A stretch of 64,000 bases of DNA from Deltaproteobacteria bacterium (GTDB taxonomy: Bacteria; UBA10199; JACPAL01), in NCBI GenBank assembly GCA_016180855.1, contig JACPAL010000018.1, forward strand, positions 17,066-81,065, given 5' to 3'. Shown here in pieces: positions 52,714-62,824 of the stretch. Numbering within the stretch: the stretch's first letter is position 1; each line of letters opens with the position of its first letter. A program made the position numbers and the translations under genes. The notes beneath the pieces were generated by a model. The model ran no database searches and had not been told where the DNA came from. It saw only the letters and a program-made list of their open reading frames with translations.

Positions 52714-55350
52714 TCAGTTTGCCTTCTCCTTGAGTGACGCGTGTGCCGCGGCAAGACGGGCAATCGGGACACGGTAGGGAGAGCAACTGACATAATGAAG
52801 CCCCACCTCGTGAAAAAACTGGATTGAGTCGGGATCACCACCATGCTCTCCGCAAATGCCGATCTTGAGGCCTGGACGTGCCTTCCTCCCCTTCTCGATC
52901 GCAATCCGGACAAGTTCACCGACCCCCTGAACATCGATCGATACAAACGGATTTTTTGGAAAAACCCCATGGTCGACATAGAACGGCAGGAAGCCAGCCG
53001 CATCATCGCGCGAAATACCAAAAGTCGTTTGTGTCAGATCATTCGTCCCGAAGGAAAAGAAATCGGCAACCGTGGCAATCTCATCCGCGGTCAACGCCGC
53101 ACGCGGGAGCTCAATCATCGTTCCGACCAGATAGGGACATTTGATCTTTCTGCGATTTAAGACATCCTGGCAGACCTGTTCCGCCTCTTCCCTCATCCGC
53201 TTGAGCTCTTCCACATGACCCACTAACGGAATCATAATCTCGGGATAGACAGTAACCCCTTCACAAGTAAGGTCGGCTGCCGCCTCCATGATCGCCTCCA
53301 CCTGCATCCGGTAGATCTCGGGATAGGTGACACCGAGTCGGCAACCACGGTGCCCCAGCATCGGATTCGCCTCATGCAACACCTCGGCCTGAACCTTGAT
53401 TTTGGAAACAGAGACCCCAATTCGACGGGCCAGATCTTCCAATTCCCGATCGGTCTTCGGAATAAACTCGTGCAGAGGCGGATCAAGCAAGCGGATCGTT
53501 ACCGGAAAACCCTCCATCGCCTTTAAAATGCCCTTGAAGTCCGCGCGCTGGATCGGAAGCAGTTTGGCAAGCGCCTTCTCGCGCTCTCCCCTCTCCTGCG
53601 CAAGAATCATCTCACGCACAATATCAATACGGTCCGGATCAAAAAACATATGCTCTGTCCGGCACAGGCCGATTCCTTCAGCACCAAAGGAACGTGCCAC
53701 CGCAGAGTCATGCGGCGTATCGGCATTGGTCCGTATCTTAAGCCTTCGGTATTTGTCAGCCCACTTCATCAAGATTCCGAAATCACCGGAAAGATCCGGC
53801 TTGGTGGTCGGGACCCGTCCCCAAATCACCTCTCCGGTTGAACCATTCAAGGTAAGCCAGTCTCCCTTTCGAACCTGACGATTCCCGATCTGAACCTGAT
53901 CCGCCAAAAACTCGATTTCGGTGCAACCGGAGACACAGCATTTTCCCATTCCCCGAGCGACAACGGCGGCATGGGAGGTCATCCCACCCCGCGCCGTCAA
54001 GATTCCTTCTGCGACATGCATCCCGTGAATATCCTCCGGTGACGTCTCCTGACGGACCAGGATCACCTTTTCCCCCCTGCCAACCCATTCCTGCGCCTCA
54101 TCCGCAGTCAGGACCACGCGCCCTACGGCAGCTCCCGGTGAGGCGGGCAAACCGTTGGCCAAAACCTCCTTGGGGGCGTTCGGATCCAGCGTGGGATGAA
54201 GGAGCTGATCCAATTGGGCGGGCGCGACACGCAAAATCGCCTCCGGTTCCGTAATCAAACCTTCCGAAACCATCTCGACCGCTATCCGGACAGCCGCATG
54301 AGCCGTTCTTTTTCCGGATCGGGTTTGAAGCATCCAGACCTTGCCGTTCTGGATTGTAAATTCAATATCCTGCATCTCACGATAATGCCTCTCCAGCCGC
54401 TCCTGAATCTGGAACAATTCACGATAGGCAGCCGGCATCACCTTCTCAAGGGAGTTCGCCGTCCCGTTAATAGAATGCGGCGTACGAATCCCGGCAACAA
54501 CATCTTCCCCTTGCGCATTCACAAGGTACTCACCAAAAAACTTTTTCTCACCGGTCGCGGGATCGCGTGTAAAGGCAACACCGGTGGCACAATCGTTCCC
54601 CCTATTTCCGAAAACCATCGCCTGAACATTGACCGCAGTCCCCCAATGTTCGGGGTATTGATGAATTCTGCGATATTCAATCGCACGACGGCTGTTCCAC
54701 GACTTAAAGACGGCACCGACCGCTCCCCATAACTGGAGCCACGGATCGGACGGAAATTCCTGCTTCAGTTCCTTTTTTACAAGGGAGAGAAAAGAGCCGG
54801 TCAGCTCTTCCAGATCGTTCAGGTCGAGCTCCGTATCAAGTCGGACCCCCTTCTTCTTCTTTTTGGCATCGAGAAGCGCCTCAAAATGCTCGTGACCGAG
54901 ACCAAGGACCACATCCGAATACATCTCGATAAAGCGGCGATAGCTGTCAAAAGCGAACCGGCGATTCTTTGTCCTCCGTGCAAGTCCCTCAACGGTCCTC
55001 TCGTTTAGGCCCAGATTGAGAATCGTGTCCATCATGCCTGGCATACTGACACGAGCACCGGAACGAACCGACAATAATAGAGGATTTTCAACAGAGCCAA
55101 ACTGACCTCCCATCACCTCCTCAACTCGTGAAAGGCCCCTCTTGACCTCCTTTTCCAGGCTGTCGGGAAATCTCCCGCCGTTACGGAAGTATTCCGTACA
55201 AAGCTCCGTCGTAATCGTAAAACCGGCCGGGACAGGAATTCCCAAATTGACCATCTCGGCCAGACCTGCCCCCTTGCCTCCCAGAAGCTCCTTCTGTTTG
55301 CCGTCTCCATCGGCATGGCCAGCACCAAAAAAATAGACCTCTTTTGCCAT
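52714..55350 (-). CDS. ppdK: pyruvate, phosphate dikinase
   Basis: PEP-utilizer and PPDK domains. Start at ATG 55350 (MAKEVYFF), which is preceded by GGGGG. The ORF track begins 13 codons upstream. Confidence 0.9.
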   Translation of the reverse strand: MAKEVYFFGAGHADGDGKQKELLGGKGAGLAEMVNLGIPVPAGFTITTELCTEYFRNGGRFPDSLEKEVKRGLSRVEEVMGGQFGSVENPLLLSVRSGARVSMPGMMDTILNLGLNERTVEGLARRTKNRRFAFDSYRRFIEMYSDVVLGLGHEHFEALLDAKKKKKGVRLDTELDLNDLEELTGSFLSLVKKELKQEFPSDPWLQLWGAVGAVFKSWNSRRAIEYRRIHQYPEHWGTAVNVQAMVFGNRGNDCATGVAFTRDPATGEKKFFGEYLVNAQGEDVVAGIRTPHSINGTANSLEKVMPAAYRELFQIQERLERHYREMQDIEFTIQNGKVWMLQTRSGKRTAHAAVRIAVEMVSEGLITEPEAILRVAPAQLDQLLHPTLDPNAPKEVLANGLPASPGAAVGRVVLTADEAQEWVGRGEKVILVRQETSPEDIHGMHVAEGILTARGGMTSHAAVVARGMGKCCVSGCTEIEFLADQVQIGNRQVRKGDWLTLNGSTGEVIWGRVPTTKPDLSGDFGILMKWADKYRRLKIRTNADTPHDSAVARSFGAEGIGLCRTEHMFFDPDRIDIVREMILAQERGEREKALAKLLPIQRADFKGILKAMEGFPVTIRLLDPPLHEFIPKTDRELEDLARRIGVSVSKIKVQAEVLHEANPMLGHRGCRLGVTYPEIYRMQVEAIMEAAADLTCEGVTVYPEIMIPLVGHVEELKRMREEAEQVCQDVLNRRKIKCPYLVGTMIELPRAALTADEIATVADFFSFGTNDLTQTTFGISRDDAAGFLPFYVDHGVFPKNPFVSIDVQGVGELVRIAIEKGRKARPGLKIGICGEHGGDPDSIQFFHEVGLHYVSCSPYRVPIARLAAAHASLKEKAN

Positions 55351-55406
55351 AACACCCCCCCTTTTTTTTGAAATTCGTCCTCTCTTCAATCAAAACCTCT
55401 CAAGAA

Positions 55407-56810
55407 TTACAACGGCTTTTTAAACCGTTCCTGCAGGTAGCAATCAACCTGATCAATTGCAATCCGGTCCTGCCCCATCGAGTCCCGATCCCGTACCGTC
55501 ACCTTGTGATCCGTCTCGGAGTCAAAATCACAGGTGACACAAAACGGGGTGCCAACCTCATCCTGTCTTCGGTAGCGTTTACCGATAGAACCGGTGTCAT
55601 CATACTGGACACGCCATCTTCCAGACAGCTCCCGGGTTATTTCACGCGACCTTTGCATGAGGGAATCTTTGCGGGACAGTGGCAACACAGCAACCTGAAT
55701 CGGGGCCAGGTGATAGGGAATACGAAGCAACATCTCGGTCTCCTTCACACTTTCGGTCGTCGTGGTTCTTCCCCCTTGAATCTCCTCATAGGCGTTCAAA
55801 AGACAAATCAGGACCGTCCGGGTTAACCCAAAAGTCGGCTCAACAACATGCGGAAAAAACCGCTCTTGTGTCACCGTATCGGTGTACTTCAAGTCCTTGC
55901 CTGATTTCTCAGAGTGATTCTTGAGATCGAAATCAGTCCGATAGGCAAGGCCGAAGAGCTCCTTCCATCCCATCGGGGTTTCATACTCAATATCAACCGT
56001 GCGGCTCGAATAATGGGACAATTCGTCTTTGGTGTGCTCACGCACCCTGAGCTTACCAGGATTCAATCCCAATTCACGCGTCCAGGCCCACATCTCCTCC
56101 AGCCAGTATTCAAACCACTTCTGCCATTCCTGGGGAGGAACAAAATATTCAAACTCCTGCAGATCAAATTCGAGTGTCCGAAAGGTAAAATTTCCCGGAG
56201 TGATCTCATTTCGAAAAACCTTGCCGGAGGCGGCAATTCCAAAAGGGAGCCGCATCCGCATCGACTCGGCAATCGTCCGAAAATTGACAAACATCCCCTG
56301 AGCCAGCTCTCCCCGCAGATAAACGGCTGACTGCTCCCCTTCGAGGACTCCCAAAGAGGTTTTAAACAACAGGTTAAAAATCCGGGCCGGTGTAAACTGG
56401 CGCATCCCACAATGAGGACAGGCGATTTTGAGTTCCAAAATCAGCTGGTCCAACTCCTGAATCGATTTCCCCTCGACCTTGACCGAAGGATTCTTCTCCT
56501 CAATGAGATGGTCGGCTCGATAGCGCTTTTTGCACTGCTTGCAGTCAACCTGGGCATCATTGAAATTGGCAACATGACCGGAAGCGACCCAGACATTGGG
56601 ATTCATGAGAATAGCAGGATCAATGCCAACCATATCGGACCGGCTCTCAACAAAACGTCTCCACCAGGCCTGCTCGATGTTCCTTTTCAGCTGAATACCG
56701 AGGGGACCGTAATCCCAGGAGTTGGCTAGCCCCCCATAAATCTCTGATCCCGGGAAGATGAATCCGCGACGCTTGGAGAGTGAAACCAGCTTTTCCAGTG
56801 TAACGGCCAT
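55407..56810 (-). CDS. glyQS: glycine--tRNA ligase (alpha2 dimeric type)
   Basis: RRGFIFPGSEIYGGLANSWDYGPLG...LKRNIEQAWW N-terminal signature. 467 aa. Confidence 0.88.
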   Translation of the reverse strand: MAVTLEKLVSLSKRRGFIFPGSEIYGGLANSWDYGPLGIQLKRNIEQAWWRRFVESRSDMVGIDPAILMNPNVWVASGHVANFNDAQVDCKQCKKRYRADHLIEEKNPSVKVEGKSIQELDQLILELKIACPHCGMRQFTPARIFNLLFKTSLGVLEGEQSAVYLRGELAQGMFVNFRTIAESMRMRLPFGIAASGKVFRNEITPGNFTFRTLEFDLQEFEYFVPPQEWQKWFEYWLEEMWAWTRELGLNPGKLRVREHTKDELSHYSSRTVDIEYETPMGWKELFGLAYRTDFDLKNHSEKSGKDLKYTDTVTQERFFPHVVEPTFGLTRTVLICLLNAYEEIQGGRTTTTESVKETEMLLRIPYHLAPIQVAVLPLSRKDSLMQRSREITRELSGRWRVQYDDTGSIGKRYRRQDEVGTPFCVTCDFDSETDHKVTVRDRDSMGQDRIAIDQVDCYLQERFKKPL

Positions 56811-56893
56811 ACCCTTCCTTCTTACAAAGCCGGTTTATTCTTGGCAATCAGATTACTTATTGCTTTTTAAGGGCCCCTCCTTATAATTTTTAC

Positions 56894-57997
56894 GTGCCAC
56901 TGATTCGGGGGACTCTTTCAGCGCTAATCATATGCCTTGTTCTCGTCTCCTGTGGAGGCGCTGTAAAGGATGAGCGAGGCAAGAAGGGTTCACTTTTTCA
57001 GAGGAGGGAAAAGAAACCTATTTCGGTTGCTACCCTCCGGGTGGCCGCCAAGGAGATCCCGTTTGTCTTGAAGGCAAAGGGCAAGACAGAGGTCTCGGAC
57101 AAATTCCAGGTCAAGGCGCCTGAAGTGACGAGTCGTGTTGCGGAGATTTACGTTGAAGAGGGACAAAGCGTGGAAAAGGAGTCCCCCCTCCTCCGGTTCG
57201 ATGATGAACCGCTTCGCGAAAAACTGGAGCTCCTCCGAACGGAACAGGAGGAGGCGGAGAAAGGACTCGAAGATGCACGTTACCTCGATAAAAACAAGGA
57301 GCGGTTGCTAGCCGCCGAAAAAATGATTCAAGAAGAAGCGGACGGGCTCGATGAAAGGATCCAAAAATATGAATCAACCCTCGAAAGGGTCAAAGCGGAA
57401 ATCACCTCTTACGAGAAACAGATCACCTTGACGGAGGTTAAAGCGCCTATTGCCGGGCTCATCACGAAGAGGGATGTTTCCGTCGGAGAAAAAACGGAGA
57501 AAGACAAGTTGATCCTTGAAGTCGTACTGATTGAGCCGTTGCGTTTCATTTTTGATGCCCCCCTGGAGGTTGTCACCTCAATGAAAATCGGAGACCCGAT
57601 CCCGGTTGTCTTTTCCTCACTCAAGAAGAAAGAGTTTGTCGGCGCGATTACCACTGTTGGAGCAGAGGCGGGGGCGGGAGGCGACGTGCAGGTCAAACTC
57701 CTCCTCCCCAACCAAACCCAGGAATTGAAGGGTGAGGTTGAGGGCGAGATCAACTACCCCACATCGATCAAGGAGAAGGTCATTCTGATTCCCTCACAAG
57801 CGTTGCTCAAGACAGAACGCTCCACCTATGTTTTCAAAATAGTGGATAAAAAGGCAAAGCGTGTTCCGATCGGAACCGCCGGAGAGCATGGAGGGGAAGT
57901 GATCGTCACGCGAGGTCTTGAGGAGGGGGATGTTGTAATCACCTCTCCAATTCAAAATCTGAAGGACGGTTCGCTTGTCGAGATGCAATCATCATAG
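56894..57997 (+). CDS. efflux membrane-fusion (HlyD/RND adaptor) lipoprotein, orphan
   Basis: GTG start with lipobox LVLVSCGG. Biotin-lipoyl, coiled-coil and beta-barrel MFP layout. No pump gene adjacent. Confidence 0.7.
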   Translation: MPLIRGTLSALIICLVLVSCGGAVKDERGKKGSLFQRREKKPISVATLRVAAKEIPFVLKAKGKTEVSDKFQVKAPEVTSRVAEIYVEEGQSVEKESPLLRFDDEPLREKLELLRTEQEEAEKGLEDARYLDKNKERLLAAEKMIQEEADGLDERIQKYESTLERVKAEITSYEKQITLTEVKAPIAGLITKRDVSVGEKTEKDKLILEVVLIEPLRFIFDAPLEVVTSMKIGDPIPVVFSSLKKKEFVGAITTVGAEAGAGGDVQVKLLLPNQTQELKGEVEGEINYPTSIKEKVILIPSQALLKTERSTYVFKIVDKKAKRVPIGTAGEHGGEVIVTRGLEEGDVVITSPIQNLKDGSLVEMQSS

Positions 57998-58700
57998 AAC
58001 ATTCCTCCTAATACTGGCGATCTGCCTCTCCTGGGTCCCTCCGCTTTTAGGGGAGTGGAAAGAGATCGGACCAACCCTTAACTATCAGCTTGTCCAAAAA
58101 GATTTCCCCATTCATCTTTTCAAAATTGATCCTAAACAATGGTCGCTCGACATCCTTGTCGCCTCCCATTATGGGATGACGACCCTGACTGCCAAGGAAT
58201 TCCGCGAAAAAAGCCGTGCCACCCTCGTTATTAACGGCGGCTTCTTCAATGAACATTTTAAATCACTTGGGCTTCTGGTTCGAAAAAGTGAGATTATTAA
58301 TCCACTGCGAAAGGCCGACTGGGGAATTTTTCAGGTTCAGGAGAAGACCGCTTCCATTATCCACCGCAAGGAATGGACCGGGCTTGGTGTCATCACGGCG
58401 ATTCAGGTTGGTCCACGCCTTTTGATCAGCGGGAAAATTCCTTTTTTCAAACCGGAGCAAAATCCCCATCGACGCTCCGCCGTTGGAATAACAGAAACAG
58501 GAGAAATCGTCATCGCCCTCTCCGAGAGCCCCCTCTATCTGAGTTCGTGGGCCAAGATCCTGCAACAATGGGCGGTCTCTGCCTTGAGCCTTGATGGCGG
58601 AGGCTCGTCTCAACTATCAGCAACGCTCCCTGGATTTTCACTGGAAGTTTCGGGAACGACGGGGGTTCCCAACGTTGTAGCGATATTCCAAAAAAACTAA
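57975..58700 (+). CDS. phosphodiester glycosidase (DUF2233) family protein
   Basis: LDGGGSSQL signature and an N-terminal signal peptide. Confidence 0.65.
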   Translation: MSRCNHHRTFLLILAICLSWVPPLLGEWKEIGPTLNYQLVQKDFPIHLFKIDPKQWSLDILVASHYGMTTLTAKEFREKSRATLVINGGFFNEHFKSLGLLVRKSEIINPLRKADWGIFQVQEKTASIIHRKEWTGLGVITAIQVGPRLLISGKIPFFKPEQNPHRRSAVGITETGEIVIALSESPLYLSSWAKILQQWAVSALSLDGGGSSQLSATLPGFSLEVSGTTGVPNVVAIFQKN

Positions 58701-59734
58701 ATTCCGGCAATCCTATCAGGCCTCCCGCCTGGCATAGGTAGCGTGTTGTCTCTTAAAAATTCTAAGAATGCCCTATATCCTCTCCTAAGAATACGTTCTG
58801 TAGTGAAATCATAGGGACCCTCTACTCGTGGCTGCCCCGGGAAATATTTCGCCCACCCAGGAGCACCTCTACAGACAGTCCTCCCTCTATCAACAACAGG
58901 AAAAAGATGACTCGGCCTGACGGTGCCATAAAGAAGTGCTTCGCCCAATCCCCAAGCATAAACGGCAGCAGCATCATTTTGTGGACTGATCCCTGTTCCA
59001 CAGCCAGAGCACGCATCCGCATAAGCTCTATTTCCACGAACAAGGATCTCAGCCTTTGCCGGAATAACGGGAAACTCCCTTCTAGGAAATTTCCTCTTAA
59101 TAATTCGATCGAGTGCCACTTCAGCATCGGCGGTAGTCCTAAACCTCTTCTCCATGATCGCAAGTGCCATCTCACGACCAGTCATCGGAGCTCTCTTTTC
59201 CGCCAACTCGCGGAGCCTTGTCTCTAAATAGATTGCGTTGAGACGGGAGCTATCGTTGAATTGGATGATCGCCCGAACTTCATCCGGCACGCCGCCAATA
59301 CCCTTCAAATATCTTTCGGCAATCATCGTCAGGCGGGCCGTTCGGCTCATCCTTCGACCTTCCCCTTTGACAATCTGAGAAGCGCTCCTCACTGGTACTG
59401 ACCGTGTAATAGCCGGTGCCGTGTACCTCACTCCTAGGTTGCGTTCAGTCATCCGTTTTATCGGCATCGGTACAGCTGCCACTCGGCTAGACCTGACGTA
59501 GGCATCTGGGTCAAAATCGACCCGTGGCCTAAAGGCCGATCGTATAAGCCTTCCAGCAGCCACACCTGCCAGTGCATAGAACCCTGATACGATTGATGTC
59601 CTAATAAAATGGTTGTCCCAATTGTATCCACTAAAGACATTGAAGGCACTCGGTTCAGGTGCAGGAGGAGGTTCACTAAATAATGGCCCTTTAAGGTGTA
59701 AATAATTAGGGGGTGATATGAATGGTGTTATCAT
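58697..59734 (-). CDS. hypothetical 345-aa protein adjacent to islet
   Basis: No confident family. Weak DACSG...H pattern reminiscent of NlpC/P60-type Cys peptidases. Confidence 0.4.
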   Translation of the reverse strand: MITPFISPPNYLHLKGPLFSEPPPAPEPSAFNVFSGYNWDNHFIRTSIVSGFYALAGVAAGRLIRSAFRPRVDFDPDAYVRSSRVAAVPMPIKRMTERNLGVRYTAPAITRSVPVRSASQIVKGEGRRMSRTARLTMIAERYLKGIGGVPDEVRAIIQFNDSSRLNAIYLETRLRELAEKRAPMTGREMALAIMEKRFRTTADAEVALDRIIKRKFPRREFPVIPAKAEILVRGNRAYADACSGCGTGISPQNDAAAVYAWGLGEALLYGTVRPSHLFPVVDRGRTVCRGAPGWAKYFPGQPRVEGPYDFTTERILRRGYRAFLEFLRDNTLPMPGGRPDRIAGI

Positions 59735-59846
59735 TTTGTTCTCCTCGCTGTTTTGCTTATCGGCTTTGTCACTTAAAAGTTGCTTAAGCCTATGTTCCTT
59801 TTTTAAATGGTCTTTAATCGGTTGGGAGGGGACTATAACTAGAGCT

Positions 59847-59946
59847 AACCACTCATCGAATCGAGAAATTCCTTGTTGGTCTTTGCGTTCTGCATCTTGT
59901 CGGTCAAGAACTCCATCGCATCGACCACGTTAAGCGGTTGCAGGAC
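59847..59946 (-). pseudogene. displaced duplicate of the last 33 codons of rho
   Basis: 100 bp identical to 62825-62924, encoding [33 protein letters not shown]. About 12 nt of residual similarity (HLNR versus HLDRK) continue upstream, then the sequence is unrelated. Confidence 0.65.
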
Positions 59947-62824
59947 ACGATTCAAATGAGTAACCGTTCTACTCAGAGAGCCCACAATAACCAGGGATCG
60001 GACCGCTGTTTCCGTCAGGATCAATACAGGTTTCCGTCGGAAGACAGTCAATATCGCTCGAATCAATTCTGCCTGCCCTTGTTGGATCGCAGATGTACTC
60101 CTGCACGGAATAAATAGTACGGCCATAACTTAATCTCGAGTGACAAGAATCAGCATAAATAAATGATTGATCTAGACTATCATGTACTGTCAACGTCACG
60201 GAACCTCCAATCCCTGGCATCATTCCACCATCGCTATCATCACAGCTAAAGGTAATACCTTCGTCAATTTCCTCATTGCAGTTGTCATCCCGGCCATCCA
60301 GCCGTTCGAGTTCTATACCGGGGTTTGTAGAAGCTCTATTATCGTCACAATCCCCACCCCCAAAGGAACAAATAGAAAGTATCCCATCCGAGACCATAGC
60401 CATATTCAGGTCGCAATAGTTATCACGATCATCATCACAACCCTCATCAACTCTCCCATTACAATCATTATCAGTATTGTCGCAGATTTCAGGGGCATAA
60501 ACACAATCTGGTTCACCTAAATCAATCTGTACCACGGCTACCCTCTCCGAAGAAGTCGATGGCCCGACAAAGCGGACCTGCCATCCAAGACCTGTCGTAC
60601 ATGTTTCGCCAGGAAGGATAAAACCATCAAAAAGGTCATCCCTCCAATCCTCGCGAGAGTTGGGGCTACAATCAAGCAAATAGGTATGGCGGCCATTCTC
60701 GTCTGTTGTACATCTCAAGAAAAGAACGCCGATCGTTGCAAAATCAAAAGAATACAGATTTTCGAGACGAGATTGATCTGCAGAAAGGATGGCATCCATA
60801 ATTATCATGCGATCATAACCAAGGGGCTCCCTGTATTCAACGGATAGGGTGTCACAAGGTTCCGTGACGAAGCGTTCTGCCCGGTAATCGTGAACGACGC
60901 CACTGGTCAGGGCATTATCTACTTCAAGCTGGATACATTGAGGATCGGTACTACCAGCTTCAACGGCCCCCAAGAGATCGGGGAGAGCAGAAGATAAACC
61001 AGCCTCCATCTCCAACCACCCCAATTTTTCCTTATAAGCACAGTTAAAATGGCCATGGCCAGGGTAGGCAGCCATCGTATCAAAGGGGTCCCCATAATCC
61101 GACCTCTCAAGACAACTCCCCCCAAAGACCGACTCGCCACAATCGAGGTCATGCGCATGATTCAAACCTAAGACATGCCCCCCTTCATGAAGGATAGTTT
61201 CATCATCAAAATGGTTACGCCCCATCGTGATGGTGTGCAAGGCAACCAACCCATCATCCGTGGGCCACTCATGCCTCCCTAAATATCTGCCATTGCCTGC
61301 AGCGGTAGGATACAAAAGAAGCCAATCATAATTGGCAAAGTTCACCTGATCCTCACAGAGACGGATCATAGTTGGAATGATAAGACCAGAAGAGATCGAC
61401 GGTCGCGTGCTATCTGCATAGGCCTCACAAACATCAAATCCTATGGAAAACTGACCAAAGGAAAGTTCTCTGAAGCTCTCTTCGGCCGATCTTGTCTCAC
61501 GATCAACCGTCGCCCGATCACTGATCGCCGCCTCATAAGGATCATTTTGCCAATGAACATACAAAACAATCCCTCTGGCGCCAGGACCCACTGATAAATT
61601 CACTAAGCTCCGAAATTCGTCTGGAAGAGTTTCATCGCTCAAGATAGTGGGATCGTTTAAATCCACTAAAGAATAACTCTGCAACACAGCCCCCATTTCC
61701 AATAACATTACAGCAAGGGAATTCATCTCAACAAAATTCATATCGGCGAGGAAGGTCGTGTCGAGATGAGCAAAGGCTACCGGGTCGCTAAATTGACTCT
61801 TAAAACTTTCATAGAAAGCAGTGGCTGCTTTGCCCACCTCAGAACACCAATTTTCCCCTTCAAGTTGCCTGAAAAACGCCATCTGATCTGAAATCAGATC
61901 AAGTAATTTCCCCTCCCCGATGAACTTTTCATAAAGCGCAGGACTTAAGTTCCCAACCCTTAAGATCGCTTGCTCAAGTTGCTCGAGTCTTTGGGGCCAT
62001 ACCAGCTTGAACTCCTCACGAAACAGTTGATTAACAAGACGAGGCGCCCGATGACTAAAATTCGCAATCGCTATTTTGGCCAAATCAGACTCGCTTTCTT
62101 TAATCAAATCCCCTTTCAGAACAGAAAGAATCTTGGCTATTTCATTGATCTTCGATACTTCCGGGGTACATTGAACTGATCCAAACTCAATAAGATCTTT
62201 TGATAGAAGTTGCTCCAGTTCCGCTGCCTCACAAAGGGCAATTTCTCTGGATAGACCAACGCTGTCCATCTCCTCTTCCAACGATTTTCGGGATTCACGA
62301 AGAACGGTGAGAAAATTTTCCATCGCCAGTTTTCCGCCCATTAACTTTTTCATCTCTTCCTCAATTCTTCTCCCCTCAATAATAAAAAGAAGAATCATCT
62401 CATTATCGAGAATCGCTCCTTCTTCCATCAGTCGCATCATCTCTGACTCTTTTTCCAGTAATCCCTGGATTCCTGACTCGACCTCTACCAGTCTCTTTTC
62501 AACTTCATCTTGTTTGAAGCGGACGGTTTCAAGGCGGGAGGATATCAGAGAGAGGGGGGGGGTACCCTCCGGCGGAAAGGGGCAGCTAAACGCCCAAAGT
62601 TGGTTTGGCAGGGAGAAAACAAACAGGAGAACAACCAGGATCGGTATGTTGCGTGGCATAATCACCTCCCGTGAATGGTAGATATGCCATATTCATGCCA
62701 AATTCTGATTGTATAAAACTAGGTGATCAACTTTATGAAACTATTGTTAAATCTGAGTGTGGTCTTGTCTCTTTGTGAAGAGTAAAACGAGAAATGAAGT
62801 TCTGGTGAAAGAAAGTCTATTCTC
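59947..62824 (-). mobile_element. AT-rich single-gene islet inserted at the 3' end of rho, bounded by 100-bp direct repeats; no integrase present
   Basis: Perfect direct repeats at 59847-59946 and 62825-62924. The interior GC is about 44% against about 53% in the flanks. It carries only the metalloprotease gene and its AT-rich promoter. Confidence 0.5.
59969..62665 (-). CDS. secreted metzincin-like zinc metalloprotease with N-terminal coiled-coil region and C-terminal MopE-like Cys/Asp-rich repeats
   Basis: Signal peptide, HEGGHVLGLNHAHD (HExxHxxGxxH) and repeats such as CDDNRASTNPGIELERLDGRDDNCNEEIDEG. RBS GGGAGGTGA upstream. AT-rich (about 44% GC) relative to the flanks. Confidence 0.75.
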   Translation of the reverse strand: MIMPRNIPILVVLLFVFSLPNQLWAFSCPFPPEGTPPLSLISSRLETVRFKQDEVEKRLVEVESGIQGLLEKESEMMRLMEEGAILDNEMILLFIIEGRRIEEEMKKLMGGKLAMENFLTVLRESRKSLEEEMDSVGLSREIALCEAAELEQLLSKDLIEFGSVQCTPEVSKINEIAKILSVLKGDLIKESESDLAKIAIANFSHRAPRLVNQLFREEFKLVWPQRLEQLEQAILRVGNLSPALYEKFIGEGKLLDLISDQMAFFRQLEGENWCSEVGKAATAFYESFKSQFSDPVAFAHLDTTFLADMNFVEMNSLAVMLLEMGAVLQSYSLVDLNDPTILSDETLPDEFRSLVNLSVGPGARGIVLYVHWQNDPYEAAISDRATVDRETRSAEESFRELSFGQFSIGFDVCEAYADSTRPSISSGLIIPTMIRLCEDQVNFANYDWLLLYPTAAGNGRYLGRHEWPTDDGLVALHTITMGRNHFDDETILHEGGHVLGLNHAHDLDCGESVFGGSCLERSDYGDPFDTMAAYPGHGHFNCAYKEKLGWLEMEAGLSSALPDLLGAVEAGSTDPQCIQLEVDNALTSGVVHDYRAERFVTEPCDTLSVEYREPLGYDRMIIMDAILSADQSRLENLYSFDFATIGVLFLRCTTDENGRHTYLLDCSPNSREDWRDDLFDGFILPGETCTTGLGWQVRFVGPSTSSERVAVVQIDLGEPDCVYAPEICDNTDNDCNGRVDEGCDDDRDNYCDLNMAMVSDGILSICSFGGGDCDDNRASTNPGIELERLDGRDDNCNEEIDEGITFSCDDSDGGMMPGIGGSVTLTVHDSLDQSFIYADSCHSRLSYGRTIYSVQEYICDPTRAGRIDSSDIDCLPTETCIDPDGNSGPIPGYCGLSE

